A DNA stretch of 64,000 nt from an uncultured Nitrososphaerota archaeon (GCA_963718895.1 CAVRAG010000004.1:64001-128000), one strand, 5' to 3'; positions 31,054 through 40,600 are shown, numbered from the stretch's first letter. Program-made: numbers and translations. Notes: a model not told the origin generated them from the sequence alone.

Positions 31054-31725
31054 TTTCTTTTGCGAGTATTGTCCCATCGGAGGCGTGGAGGACGGTGCGT
31101 TAGCCCGTGATCGTGTTGCCATCCTGGTTCACGGAGTTCACCATTTCGCCTAAGTGTCGCAAGCGTCTGTCCAAGTCTCACCAGCCTCGCCACCCATTGC
31201 TAGCAAAATCAATCCTCAGATCACAAGAACTACGAGAGAAGATTCCATTACTGAGTCTTGATGAACGGGACGGCTTTGTCGAAGAGTTCCTGAAGCTTTG
31301 GACTATCAACGGCCACCCAGACGACCCTATCGTTTCTGTCAATCTTCCGCCGACGCTCACGATCAGGGTCCCAGTATCCTGTCATCTATTCATCACCAAG
31401 CTGACGGAAGGAGGGGATGTGCAACGGCGCAGGCGGAGAGGCTCTCTCGAAGGAAGACATGGGCTCTCGAGTTCATTCGGCTCTCCTCGACCTCAAAAGC
31501 TGCAGCCAGACACTAGTCTTCCCACGAGATTGGTGGCTGGAATCTCGTCTCGTTCTCTCTCGAGCACTTCCTTAGGGCGAGTGTCGTGAGATTTCGGCCG
31601 CCCATACGTCGAGGCCGCGGAGCTGACCCCGCGTGCATGAGGCTCAGCTTCCAGCTTAACCCTACCTACCATATCGGTAGGATGTAGCGGTAGAGTTATA
31701 AGCATTCCTACTATGTAGGTAGGTG

Positions 31726-32424
31726 ATGGCAGATGTCACTGTGAAGGTGGCCACGCTGGAGCTGCTCGAGAGAGAGCCGAAGCGCTATTCTGACCTGGTC
31801 AGAGAACTGGGAAGGCCCGACAAGACGGTCTACGTCACTCTGGCAGCCCTCTCCGACTCGAAGTACATCTCCAAGGACGGTGAGGGTCGGTACATCATTA
31901 CGGACACCGGAAGGCGCGAGCTTGAGAGAGCAAGATTCGTCAGACTCGCCGAGGAGGAGGACGACCTCGGGATCATCCTGAACACGAAGATGGCGATTGC
32001 GTTGGGGAGGTGCTATGACCTGTTGCTGGACCTCCGCTACATCCTCTCCAGGACCCTGACGAAATCGCATCCGGAAGAGAGGAGGGAGGTCAAGGAGAAG
32101 CTGGTCGTGATTCGAAACCTTCTGCTCAAGTACAACCCGTCGCTCAAGCGGGAAGATCTCGAAAGCAACGAATCCAAGGGAACGGAGATCGGCATCAAGG
32201 ACCTCCTGAGCGGAGGGATACTGTGGGAGAAGAGGTTCATAAAATGGGGCCTCAAGGACCGATATCTGCACCTCGTAAGCCTGGCAAAAGAGTTGCCGGA
32301 AGGTCCTGTCAAAGAAGAGATACTCGGCTCCCTTGATCTGTTCAGGGAAGTCGCCGGAAGGGTGGACGGCAGCCTGAAGGGCCTGGAGGCTCCCTCACAA
32401 TCTCCTGAAAGTCCTAACCCTTGA
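31726..32424 (+). CDS. winged-HTH protein with unknown C-terminal domain
   Basis: RYSDLVREL...YIITDTG; CTACC/GGTAG palindromes upstream. Confidence 0.65.
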   Translation: MADVTVKVATLELLEREPKRYSDLVRELGRPDKTVYVTLAALSDSKYISKDGEGRYIITDTGRRELERARFVRLAEEEDDLGIILNTKMAIALGRCYDLLLDLRYILSRTLTKSHPEERREVKEKLVVIRNLLLKYNPSLKREDLESNESKGTEIGIKDLLSGGILWEKRFIKWGLKDRYLHLVSLAKELPEGPVKEEILGSLDLFREVAGRVDGSLKGLEAPSQSPESPNP

Positions 32425-32506
32425 TGCTAGACTGCTCCATGTCGAGCATCTCCTCTGCCTCCTGCAGATAATTCTTGTAGAGCTTCTCATCGACCGGCTT
32501 TGCCAT
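32414..32506 (-). pseudogene. truncated HEPN toxin N-terminus
   Basis: MAKPVDEKLYKNYLQEAEEMLDM, then ends; overlaps the MNT stop. Confidence 0.5.
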
Positions 32507-33110
32507 TCTTGACCATCTCCTTCAGGTCTCTTCTGCGCACGAGGATATAGCGTTCAAGAATCGACTTTTCAAGGTCGATGTCGTGGTCTCGACGGAACTT
32601 TTTCTCGCCCAGAATCAACGGAGACAGCGCATGACCAAATCGAGAAACCGTGGTGTCCATGGCCCTGGCCGCGCATTCAGTTGCAAATTCTCGGTCATCT
32701 GAGATGATCAGGAGGTCGACGTCGCTGGCCTCTCCCTCGTCGCCCCTGGCCACGCTTCCGAAAATGGCCGCCGAGATTATCCTCGGGTCATCGAAGAAGG
32801 GTGCGATTGCCGAGACTAGGGAGGCCACGGTGTCCTTCTCTGCGGTGAATAGTGGTTCTATCAGAGAGTTCACGGCGTAGCTCTCTTTGTTCAGGCTCAC
32901 CTGGTATGCCTTGCCCACGGGCTGGAGCCTCACCACGCCCCTCCTCTCCAGCTCCTTCAGCACCGACGATGCCTGCGGATGGGAGACACCGGCAGCCGCG
33001 GAGAGCTCCCTGACAGTGAAGACCTTGCCCTCATAGCGCGCCAACGTCCTGAGGAGGCGGATGCTCGTCTTGCTCCCGAGGATATCGGCGGCGTATTCGT
33101 GGAGTGCCAC
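32487..33110 (-). CDS. wHTH-MNT minimal nucleotidyltransferase antitoxin
   Basis: N-terminal wHTH; FGSVARGDEGEASDVDLL. Confidence 0.85.
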   Translation of the reverse strand: MALHEYAADILGSKTSIRLLRTLARYEGKVFTVRELSAAAGVSHPQASSVLKELERRGVVRLQPVGKAYQVSLNKESYAVNSLIEPLFTAEKDTVASLVSAIAPFFDDPRIISAAIFGSVARGDEGEASDVDLLIISDDREFATECAARAMDTTVSRFGHALSPLILGEKKFRRDHDIDLEKSILERYILVRRRDLKEMVKNGKAGR

Positions 33111-33228
33111 GTGGGTGCTATCCACAAGTGGTAGAAATACTTTCCATATGGTAGATACACATACCATCTCCGGGCCCGAATGCCGCGCATCGAAAAGCGA
33201 GATTGTAGGAGGGGACCACACTCGTGGG

Positions 33229-33663
33229 TCATTTCATGTTAAGAAGCTCTAGAGTCTTGCTGACGAACTTCTCTGCGTACTGAACCAGATTTCGACCCTG
33301 TGTTTCGGAGATTGAGCCTGCGCGGTCGTAGAGCGACTCGTTCCTGCGCCTTCTGGCCTTTTCGAAGGCCTGTAGGACCTCGGCGTCAAACTTGTTTGCG
33401 TAGACCGCCTGAACGAAGGAGATTACCGCTGTGTGGTGCTCTTGGCTCCTCGGCCTGTACCCCTTCGAGAACATGAGCGCCCTGCCCGCTTGGAGCATCG
33501 AGTTGTAGGCTGCATTGTGAGCCCATCCCCACTCCTGTATCCCCAGCATATGCTTCGCTGAGGCGAGGTCGTTCTTCGCGATTTCGGCCTCGTTCCTTAC
33601 CTGATCCTCATCAGACTGGTACTTCTCAACCAGTCCGTTTTTCAATAACTCGCTTAAACTCAT
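33229..33663 (-). CDS. HEPN domain protein
   Basis: AYNSMLQAGRALM, SQEHH, RRRRNESLY (Rx4Y-type). Confidence 0.85.
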   Translation of the reverse strand: MSLSELLKNGLVEKYQSDEDQVRNEAEIAKNDLASAKHMLGIQEWGWAHNAAYNSMLQAGRALMFSKGYRPRSQEHHTAVISFVQAVYANKFDAEVLQAFEKARRRRNESLYDRAGSISETQGRNLVQYAEKFVSKTLELLNMK

Positions 33664-34622
33664 TCTCTTCGCCTATTACCATCATCACCGGTGTCTTCCC
33701 TATCTCGCGTATCAGCGGAATCTGGTCTCGAACCTTCTCTCCAAGCTCCCCGTCGGTCCACAGATTGTAGTTCACTTCCCGCCCCGTTCTCCTCTCCACC
33801 TCGTTCACGGCTTTCAAAAGCTTGTCCTCCGCTATATCCCCCACCACAAGCAGGTCGATGTCGCTCTTCTCGCCCTCCACCCCTTTCCAAACGATCCGTA
33901 GATGACCGCGTTCTTGACCTGTTCAGCCCCAAGTTTGCTCGCAAGCAACTCATCCAGGAACTCGTACTTCAGGAATATCCTCTTCAGCTCATCGTATATC
34001 ACACTCTTTTTGTTGATGACGTACAGTGACTATTTGCCCTTGATGCTCTTCTTCATCAGCTCAGATTGAGCAGAAGCTGCACTCCTTTGACGTGCGGATG
34101 CTGCATACCTGCCTTCCTCGCAATATCGTTGAGATGAAACGCCGAGCTGGAATTGAGGAAGAGGAGCTTGAGGATGAGAATCTGGCCACGCGACCTGAAC
34201 GGCCTTTCGAGCGAACTCCTCAAGACCACTTCGCGGACTTTCGGCTTCTCGTGGAGGATTACTTCTCTCACCGACGCCAGAGCCTCTCCGCGCTCAGGTT
34301 TCACAGCTTCCGCGACCCCTCCGTTGATCAGCAGCAGCCCAATGCCAAGGTTCCTACAGGCGGTCAAGAGTTCTCGATCTTCTCTCTCCTTAGGCAAGGC
34401 GAGGTAGGCGATATTTGCTGCGTGCTTGTAGTGAAGCGTTTGTTCGAGGCCGAGCCTCGGGTCACCGAGGCTTCCTTTGACCTCGACGACGGCAATCTCT
34501 CCGCCCCTGACTGCTACGATGTCGGCTATCCTGCCCCTGAGCTTGACTTCTCTTGAGACCTTCCATCCAGCGGCTGACAAGTAATCGGCCACCTTCGAGG
34601 CGATCACAGGCTCCGATGGCAT
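33626..34622 (-). CDS. PD-(D/E)XK nuclease-wHTH-MNT fusion (frameshifted)
   Basis: REV...ADIVA...VEVK...Q..HY nuclease; FHLNDIARKAG wHTH; YGSFGKG/EKSDIDLLVVG MNT, joined across several shifts at 33880-34100. Confidence 0.65.
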
Positions 34623-34711
34623 AATAAAAGCCGTATTTTTCATAAACGAATAATCATTCTCCAAATAGAAACGGGAGTATTAATAAACTTGCCTGCTAGG
34701 TTTGGGGTGAG

Positions 34712-36005
34712 TCAGAAGGGTAGCTTGACGACAACCTCGGAGTCAGGGAGTTGAGCGATGTACTCCCATCCCTGACTGATGTGGGTCTTCAGCTCGCTCA
34801 TGGGAATCACCTTCTGCTTGTGCCCGTTGTTCGCCATGGCTCCAAGAAGCTTCTCCCGCACCATCTTCTGGAAGTCCTCGTCCTTGATGCTCGAGAGATC
34901 GAGCTTGTCGACCTCCTCCTCGCTGTACCCGGCGACCTGCATCAGGATCTCCCTCCTGAAGGACTCCTTGATCTCGTCCTGGCTCATCCCCCGCTTCCGC
35001 AGCATTATCGTGACCGCGTCCATCCCCTTGAGATAGAACTCCCTCATCTGGTCCTCTGTGTATCGTCGGTACGCAGAGTCCAGGAAGAGCTTGTGCCCCA
35101 TGAGCGCCTCGGCGATGTCCCTTCCCAGCGGCTGCAGCATCTGCGTGAAGAAGAACTTCCTCAGACAGTGGATGTGGATGGTATCCCTCCCGTGGTCATC
35201 CTTCATCGGCCAGCCCGGCAGTTCTTCAGCGCCAGCGAGAAGATGTGGTCAGCGTTCCAGTAGGACATCGGAAGGTTGCCGGTCTTGTGCTCCTGTCCGC
35301 GGGTCGAAGTCTGGAAGATGTAGTCGTCCGGATTGTTGACCCGTTCGCTGGAGGAAATCCTTCAGGAACGTGACCGCCTCGTCGCTGATGAAGCAATACC
35401 TCGCCTGCCTGTCCTTGGTCACCTCTGCCCTCAGGCGTACCGTCGCCGGATTCTTGGACAGGTCGATGTCCTTCACCCTGAGAGTCAGGAACTCTCCGAC
35501 CCTCATCCCGCTCGACGCAAGCATCGTGACAAGGGCCTTTCCGCGCGAATCCGTGTGCATGAGGACGCTCCTGAGCTCTTCCGGTGTCGGCACCCTGTCT
35601 GCGGTGACGGCGTGATACCTGGGAGGTCCACCTTGACCCTCATCTTGGCGTTGTCTAGCTCGAAGTCGTTGATGGCGAGGAACTTCTTCACGGCCGAGAG
35701 ACGGTTCCTGAGAGAGTTGGGAGCGAACTTGTCCTTGAGCATCCAGGCCACGTATCCGTCGAGGACCTTGTAGACGTCGTTCTTCCTCATGTAGTGCCAG
35801 GGCATCGTTCGGCAGCATCTCGAGGTAGCTGCAAAAGTCCATCATCCCTCCCAGTGGCATTCTCGACACTCTTCCTGGAGCCGCGCCTCCCCACCTTCTC
35901 CAGGTAGATCTTCAGCTGCGAGACAACCTCGTCTCGATGATCCCTCCTCCACTCGTACGCCTTCCTGTTTAGGACCTTCATGCAGGGCGGGAGGTTGCGT
36001 CCCAA
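34712..36005 (-). CDS. tyrosine recombinase/integrase (about 6 frameshifts; catalytic residues intact)
   Basis: SGMRVGE, TKD, HCLRKFF, LMGH, AYRR spread over four ORF-track pieces and one short linker piece. Confidence 0.85.
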
Positions 36006-36027
36006 CCCGCATTTAAGCCTTGACAGG

Positions 36028-36043
36028 TAGCAGTTAACTGCTA
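36028..36043. promoter_or_regulatory. perfect 16-bp palindrome overlapping the glnA stop
   Basis: TAGCAGTTAACTGCTA. Confidence 0.5.
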
Positions 36044-37504
36044 GATATCGAAGTAGAGGTAGAACTCGTACGGGTGAGGCCTCGCGGAGACCGCCCTGTA
36101 GTTGGCCATCTCGAGCTCGATCATCATCTCGATGAGGTCGTCCGAGAAGACGCCCTTGAGGAACTCCGAGTCGGACTTGAGGGACTCGATCGCCTCGAGG
36201 AGGCTACCGGGGAGCTCCTTGACCCCGAGCTCCTTCCTCTTCTTCGGTGTGAGCTCGTAGATGTCCTGGTTGACCGGGTCTCCGGGGTCGAGCTTGTGCT
36301 TTATCCCGTCCAGGCCGGCCGAGACGATGGCCGCGAACGCAAGGTACGGGTTCGAGGATGGGTCGGGCGTCCTGAACTCGGCCCTCTTGCCCTTCATGCC
36401 GGACTTGCCCTTGTAGTGGAGCGGAATCCTCACGTTGGCCGACCTGTTACCTCTGGACCACGCGACGTAGACGGGCGCTTCGTAGCCCGGGACCAGTCTC
36501 CTGTATGAGTTCGTGGTGGGGTTTGTTATGGCGCACAGGGCCCTGCTGTGGGCCAGGAGCCCTCCCACATAGTACCTCCCGGTCTGGCTGAGGTTGGCGT
36601 AGTCGTCCTTCTCGTCGTAGAAGGCGTTCTTGTCGTCCTTCCAGAGACTCGAGGAGACGTGCATGCCAGAAGCGTTGTCGCCGAAGATCGGCTTCGGCAT
36701 TATCGTGGCGATCATCCCCCTGTTCGATGCCACGTTCTTCACCACATACTTGTAGGTCACGATACTGTCTGCCATCGGCGTTAGGGTGTCCCTGTAGATG
36801 TTGATCTCGCACTGCCCCGCCGTCGCGACCTCGTGGTGGTGCGCGTCGTTGACGATGCCGAAAGACTCGTCGAGCGTGTAGGCCACCTCGCTCCTGTAGT
36901 CCTGCAGCGTGTCTGAAGGAGGCGTGGGGTAGTATCCTTCCTTGAACCTGATAGGATAGTTCGTTCCACGGGCCTCGTTGGCTGACTCGACGGACGTGAT
37001 CCTGTGGCTCGTCCCGAACGGGCTCGAGACGTCCCAGGTGACAGAGTCAAAGACGAAGAACTCCATCTCGGGCCCCCAGTACGACTCGGTGAAACCCGCC
37101 GACTTGACGGCCACCTCGGCCTTCTGGGCGATGTATCGGGGGTCCCTTGAGAACCTTCCCTTCTGGTAGCCCCAGTGGACGTCGCAGATCATCCTCGCCG
37201 TCGGAAAGCGCTGGTCGCCCCACGGGATTATCCCGAACGTCGAGGGGTCCGGGAGCAGAAGCATGTCGGAATCAAAAATCTCGGCGAAGCCCTTGATCGA
37301 AGAGCCGTCCAGCTTTGGGACTCCTCCCTCGAAGGCATCCTCATCGAGCATGTTGTTCGGGATTGTGACATGCTGTGTGCGACCCGGGACGTCCGTGAAC
37401 TGCAGGTCGATGAACCGTATTCCCTTTGACGCTACAGCGTCTATGATTTGTTTCGGTGTCCGCTTTCTCGGAACATAGCCTTTTGCCGACTTGTCGAAAG
37501 GCAT
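36041..37504 (-). CDS. glnA: glutamine synthetase type I
   Basis: DGSSIKGF, HHHEVATAGQCEI, PKPIFGDNASGMH, SYRRLVPGYEAP, EFRTPDP. Confidence 0.98.
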   Translation of the reverse strand: MPFDKSAKGYVPRKRTPKQIIDAVASKGIRFIDLQFTDVPGRTQHVTIPNNMLDEDAFEGGVPKLDGSSIKGFAEIFDSDMLLLPDPSTFGIIPWGDQRFPTARMICDVHWGYQKGRFSRDPRYIAQKAEVAVKSAGFTESYWGPEMEFFVFDSVTWDVSSPFGTSHRITSVESANEARGTNYPIRFKEGYYPTPPSDTLQDYRSEVAYTLDESFGIVNDAHHHEVATAGQCEINIYRDTLTPMADSIVTYKYVVKNVASNRGMIATIMPKPIFGDNASGMHVSSSLWKDDKNAFYDEKDDYANLSQTGRYYVGGLLAHSRALCAITNPTTNSYRRLVPGYEAPVYVAWSRGNRSANVRIPLHYKGKSGMKGKRAEFRTPDPSSNPYLAFAAIVSAGLDGIKHKLDPGDPVNQDIYELTPKKRKELGVKELPGSLLEAIESLKSDSEFLKGVFSDDLIEMMIELEMANYRAVSARPHPYEFYLYFDI

Positions 37505-37552
37505 CGATTGGGCCGGTTCCCGAATCAGCGGTTATAAGTTTTACCATGGGGT

Positions 37553-37571
37553 TTTACATTCGTCATGTAAA
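37553..37571. promoter_or_regulatory. TTTACAT-N5-ATGTAAA operator in the divergent glnA/Lrp promoter
   Basis: Perfect 7-bp arms in an AT-rich intergenic region. Confidence 0.55.
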
Positions 37572-37621
37572 TAATAATAACGCTTATCAAATGCGCACTA
37601 TCTAGGGACTGTTGCTCACAA

Positions 37622-38077
37622 ATGAAACTGGACAATCTGGACAGGTCGCTGCTCAAAGAGCTGGAGATTGATGGCCGCCAGTCGTTCAGGGACCTCGCCA
37701 AGAAGACGGGCGTCTCTGTGGTCACCGTCGCCCAGCGGGTGAGGAAGCTCGAGGAGGACGGGACGATCAGGGGCTACTCCGGGCGCCTGAGCCAGGAGAA
37801 GCTCGGTTACGAGATCACGACGATAACCGAGGTGACGGTCTCGAAGGGCAAGCTCGTCGAGGTGCAGGAACGGATTGCCAAGATGAACTCGGTCTGCGCC
37901 GTCTACGACGTCACCGGAATAGAGGACAGCATAGTGATATCAAAGTTCAGAAACAGGGACGAGGTCAGCAAGTTCGCCAAGGAGCTCCTGACCGTCCCCC
38001 ACGTCGAGAGGACCAACACGCACCTCGTCTTGAACACGTACAAGGAAGACCTGAGGTACCCGTTCATCTCAGAATAA
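37622..38077 (+). CDS. Lrp/AsnC family regulator
   Basis: DGRQSFRDLAKK...RVRKLEEDG, YDVTG. Confidence 0.92.
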   Translation: MKLDNLDRSLLKELEIDGRQSFRDLAKKTGVSVVTVAQRVRKLEEDGTIRGYSGRLSQEKLGYEITTITEVTVSKGKLVEVQERIAKMNSVCAVYDVTGIEDSIVISKFRNRDEVSKFAKELLTVPHVERTNTHLVLNTYKEDLRYPFISE

Positions 38078-38121
38078 GGGCCCCCATTCTTCATATAGCA
38101 CGCTTACTCAGCGCCCACAGT

Positions 38122-38427
38122 TTGAGACCGGAGAGAAAGAACGACCTCCCCGCCTACAGCGTCGTGATAGACGACGTCAGCGGAGGAGACATAGCGAACA
38201 TTCTGCGGGGATACATCGTCGTAGCGGGCCAGAAGATACGGTTCACCGGAATCGCCTACGGACGCTACGGCGGGCAGAACGTGGCGCCGCGTCTCTCGCG
38301 CGTCGCAAAGAAGAAACTCAAGGAGGTCTTCGGGGACCTTCCCAAGTTCGAGGAGGACCTGCAGATGAAGCTCGTCAGCGGCGAGTTCGAGGTAAAGCCG
38401 AAGGCAGGGGTCATGCCTCCTCAGTAG
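38122..38427 (+). CDS. hypothetical protein
   Basis: FTGIAYGRYGGQNV; core-like codon usage. Confidence 0.65.
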   Translation: MRPERKNDLPAYSVVIDDVSGGDIANILRGYIVVAGQKIRFTGIAYGRYGGQNVAPRLSRVAKKKLKEVFGDLPKFEEDLQMKLVSGEFEVKPKAGVMPPQ

Positions 38428-38443
38428 TTGGGAGGGACAGGGA

Positions 38444-39382
38444 ACGAACCTCATAGTCGGAGGCACCGGGTTCATCGGAGGCCACCTAGCGGAATACTTC
38501 TTCACCGAGGGCGAGATCTCCAAGGGCATCTTCAGGAAGGGGTCGCACCTGAGGATAATGGATCAGTGCGGCATACAGTGCCTGGAGGCGGACATCATGG
38601 ACAGGCACACCCTGCACGAGCCGCTGGACGCGGTAGATGTGGTCTACAACCTCGCGTCGCCACCGCCAGGAAGCGCGCATGAAGATTTTGTGAAGTACAA
38701 CCAGGGAGGCCTCACGAACCTGCTCGAGGAGGCACACGAGCACGGGACGAAGACCTTTGTCCATCTGAGCTGCCTTGACGTGTATGGATTCGGCTCGGGA
38801 AGGACGATAGGGAAGGAGAGGGTTCCGAGCCCGACAGACGACTACCAGCGGTCGAAGCTGGAGGGCGAGAGGGTAGCGACGGAGTTCGGGAAGAGCCACC
38901 CCGGCCTGCAGGTCCGGATCATACGGGCCGCGAAGGCCGTCGGCTCGAGGGACCCGGCCATCGTCACGCCAATCCTGAAGATGATCGAGCGGGGCAAGGT
39001 CGTCCTCCCTCCGGGCGGTTCCGACAAGCTTTCAGTCACCCACCCGAAGGACGTGGCCCAGGCGCTCCTCAAGGCGTCGTCGTCGGTCGGCGACTCTACA
39101 CCCTATCAGGTGAAGTCCTTCGACCTGAGCCTCGACGAGCTGGCAGAGGCGCTGGTGAAGGCGGGGGGGAAGGGCGTTGAGGTGAAGCAGCAGGGAGTGT
39201 TCTCGGGCAGGGGCCTCATCCCGCAGTACGCGGCCGAGGAGATAAAGGCCGGCTTGACCCTCGCGGAGGAAGACTCGTCGAAGAAGCTGGCGTACCTGCC
39301 AGCATTCAATCTGGAGAAGGTCGTGGCGGAGGTGTCTGCGTGGTACCGGAAAGAGCCATGGGTGACGAAAAGCCCGGAATAG
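38444..39382 (+). CDS. NAD-dependent epimerase/dehydratase
   Basis: GGTGFIGG upstream of the ATG at 38558; YQRSK; start uncertain. Confidence 0.85.
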   Translation, partial: TNLIVGGTGFIGGHLAEYFFTEGEISKGIFRKGSHLRIMDQCGIQCLEADIMDRHTLHEPLDAVDVVYNLASPPPGSAHEDFVKYNQGGLTNLLEEAHEHGTKTFVHLSCLDVYGFGSGRTIGKERVPSPTDDYQRSKLEGERVATEFGKSHPGLQVRIIRAAKAVGSRDPAIVTPILKMIERGKVVLPPGGSDKLSVTHPKDVAQALLKASSSVGDSTPYQVKSFDLSLDELAEALVKAGGKGVEVKQQGVFSGRGLIPQYAAEEIKAGLTLAEEDSSKKLAYLPAFNLEKVVAEVSAWYRKEPWVTKSPE

Positions 39383-40350
39383 GCTACATCCTCGGCCGCA
39401 TCGGCAGGATGGTCGCGTCGAGCAAGGACAAGCGCGCCACCGCCCTGGCCGAGCTCAGGTCGGCCGAGGAAGGGGATCCGTTCAGGATACTCATCGGGAC
39501 CGTCCTCTCCCACCGGACCAGGGACGAGAGCACGAGCAAGGCGACAGAGAGACTGTTCTCGGTCTACGACACTCCTCAGAAGCTCGCCGACGCAGACCCG
39601 AAGTCTGTGAGGGAGCTCATAAGGGTGGTCGGCTTCTACAACATGAAGACCAGGAACGTGATCAGGGTCGCCAAGCAGATAGTGACCGAGTTCGGCGGAG
39701 AGGTCCCGGACGACCTGGAGAGCCTGCTGACCCTTCACGCCGTCGGGAGGAAGACCGCGAACTGCGTCCTGGTCTACGCCTTCAACAAGCCCGCGATACC
39801 TGTGGATACGCACGTCCACAGAATCGCGAACAGGCTCGGGCTGGTGCAGACCAAGACCCCGGAGGAGACCGAGGTCGAGCTGACGAGGACCATCCCCAAG
39901 AAGTACTGGCTGGAGCTGAACGAGCTGTTCGTCAGGTTCGGGCAGACGACCTGCAAGCCCGTCGGTCCCAGATGCGACATCTGCACGCTCACCGCGAGCT
40001 GCAGGTACTACCGCGAGGTCGTCCTTCCCAGGACTAGCTCGAGAGGGCTAGGTGCCCTTCTCGTTCTGGTAGAACCCCGAATAGAGCGACGTCGCCGGTC
40101 TCTCGTTCCTGAAGAAGACCAGCTGGACGAGGGCTTCGCTCCGGTGGACCCTCGCGCCGATGGGTGTGAATATCACCTGGGTGGGCTCCCCACGGTACCC
40201 GCTGTCGAAGACCGCCGATTCCAGCTTGATGATCCCGAGCCTGTTCATGGTGGAGCGTGGGAAGGCGAAGCCCGTGCAGGTGGGCGGGATGGTCACCTCC
40301 GGGAACCTCAGCTCGTACATGCCTCCGCGCTCGAAGAGGTAGAAGCCTGA
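39358..40350 (+). CDS. nth: endonuclease III (conserved part ends near 40030)
   Basis: HhH VGRKTAN, VDTHVHRI, CKPVGPRCDICTLTASC. Confidence 0.9.
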   Translation: MGDEKPGIGYILGRIGRMVASSKDKRATALAELRSAEEGDPFRILIGTVLSHRTRDESTSKATERLFSVYDTPQKLADADPKSVRELIRVVGFYNMKTRNVIRVAKQIVTEFGGEVPDDLESLLTLHAVGRKTANCVLVYAFNKPAIPVDTHVHRIANRLGLVQTKTPEETEVELTRTIPKKYWLELNELFVRFGQTTCKPVGPRCDICTLTASCRYYREVVLPRTSSRGLGALLVLVEPRIERRRRSLVPEEDQLDEGFAPVDPRADGCEYHLGGLPTVPAVEDRRFQLDDPEPVHGGAWEGEARAGGRDGHLREPQLVHASALEEVEA

Positions 40351-40551
40351 AGCGTCCGGCGCAAGGTCCTCCTTCTCCGTCACGAGGTCCCCTCCTGGCC
40401 CGAGATAACCCCTCTCGCCACCGTGCAGGTAGATCGTCGAGTCCATCGGGAGCCTCGAGACCTGCTTCGGGGCCAGGTCGACGCCGTTCGGGTTGACCTT
40501 GACGTAGGCCTTGCAGCAGGCCGCGACCTCCTCGCCACTTACGACTGACAT
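40048..40551 (-). CDS. dUTPase/dCTP deaminase family protein
   Basis: PNGVDL, PRSTMNR, FDSGYRG, QLVFF. Confidence 0.85.
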   Translation of the reverse strand: MSVVSGEEVAACCKAYVKVNPNGVDLAPKQVSRLPMDSTIYLHGGERGYLGPGGDLVTEKEDLAPDASGFYLFERGGMYELRFPEVTIPPTCTGFAFPRSTMNRLGIIKLESAVFDSGYRGEPTQVIFTPIGARVHRSEALVQLVFFRNERPATSLYSGFYQNEKGT

Positions 40552-40600
40552 CGGGGAGTACCCTCCCCCGGAGAACTAAATAGCCTAGCGAGCGGTCTGA

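Larger units (their letters stand above)
27100..36060. mobile_element. ~9-kb integrative element inserted in the glnA 3' end
   Basis: 20-bp direct repeats, tyrosine integrase next to the glnA-side repeat, TA and HEPN-MNT cargo. Confidence 0.8.

Noticed and set aside
31054-31720. ORFs between vapC and the wHTH gene
   Set aside because: No coherent motif in any frame; probably decayed sequence.
34712-36005. Programmed frameshifting or SSV-type split integrase
   Set aside because: About six scattered shifts without slippery signals, and the att site is outside the gene; assembly error or decay is more parsimonious.
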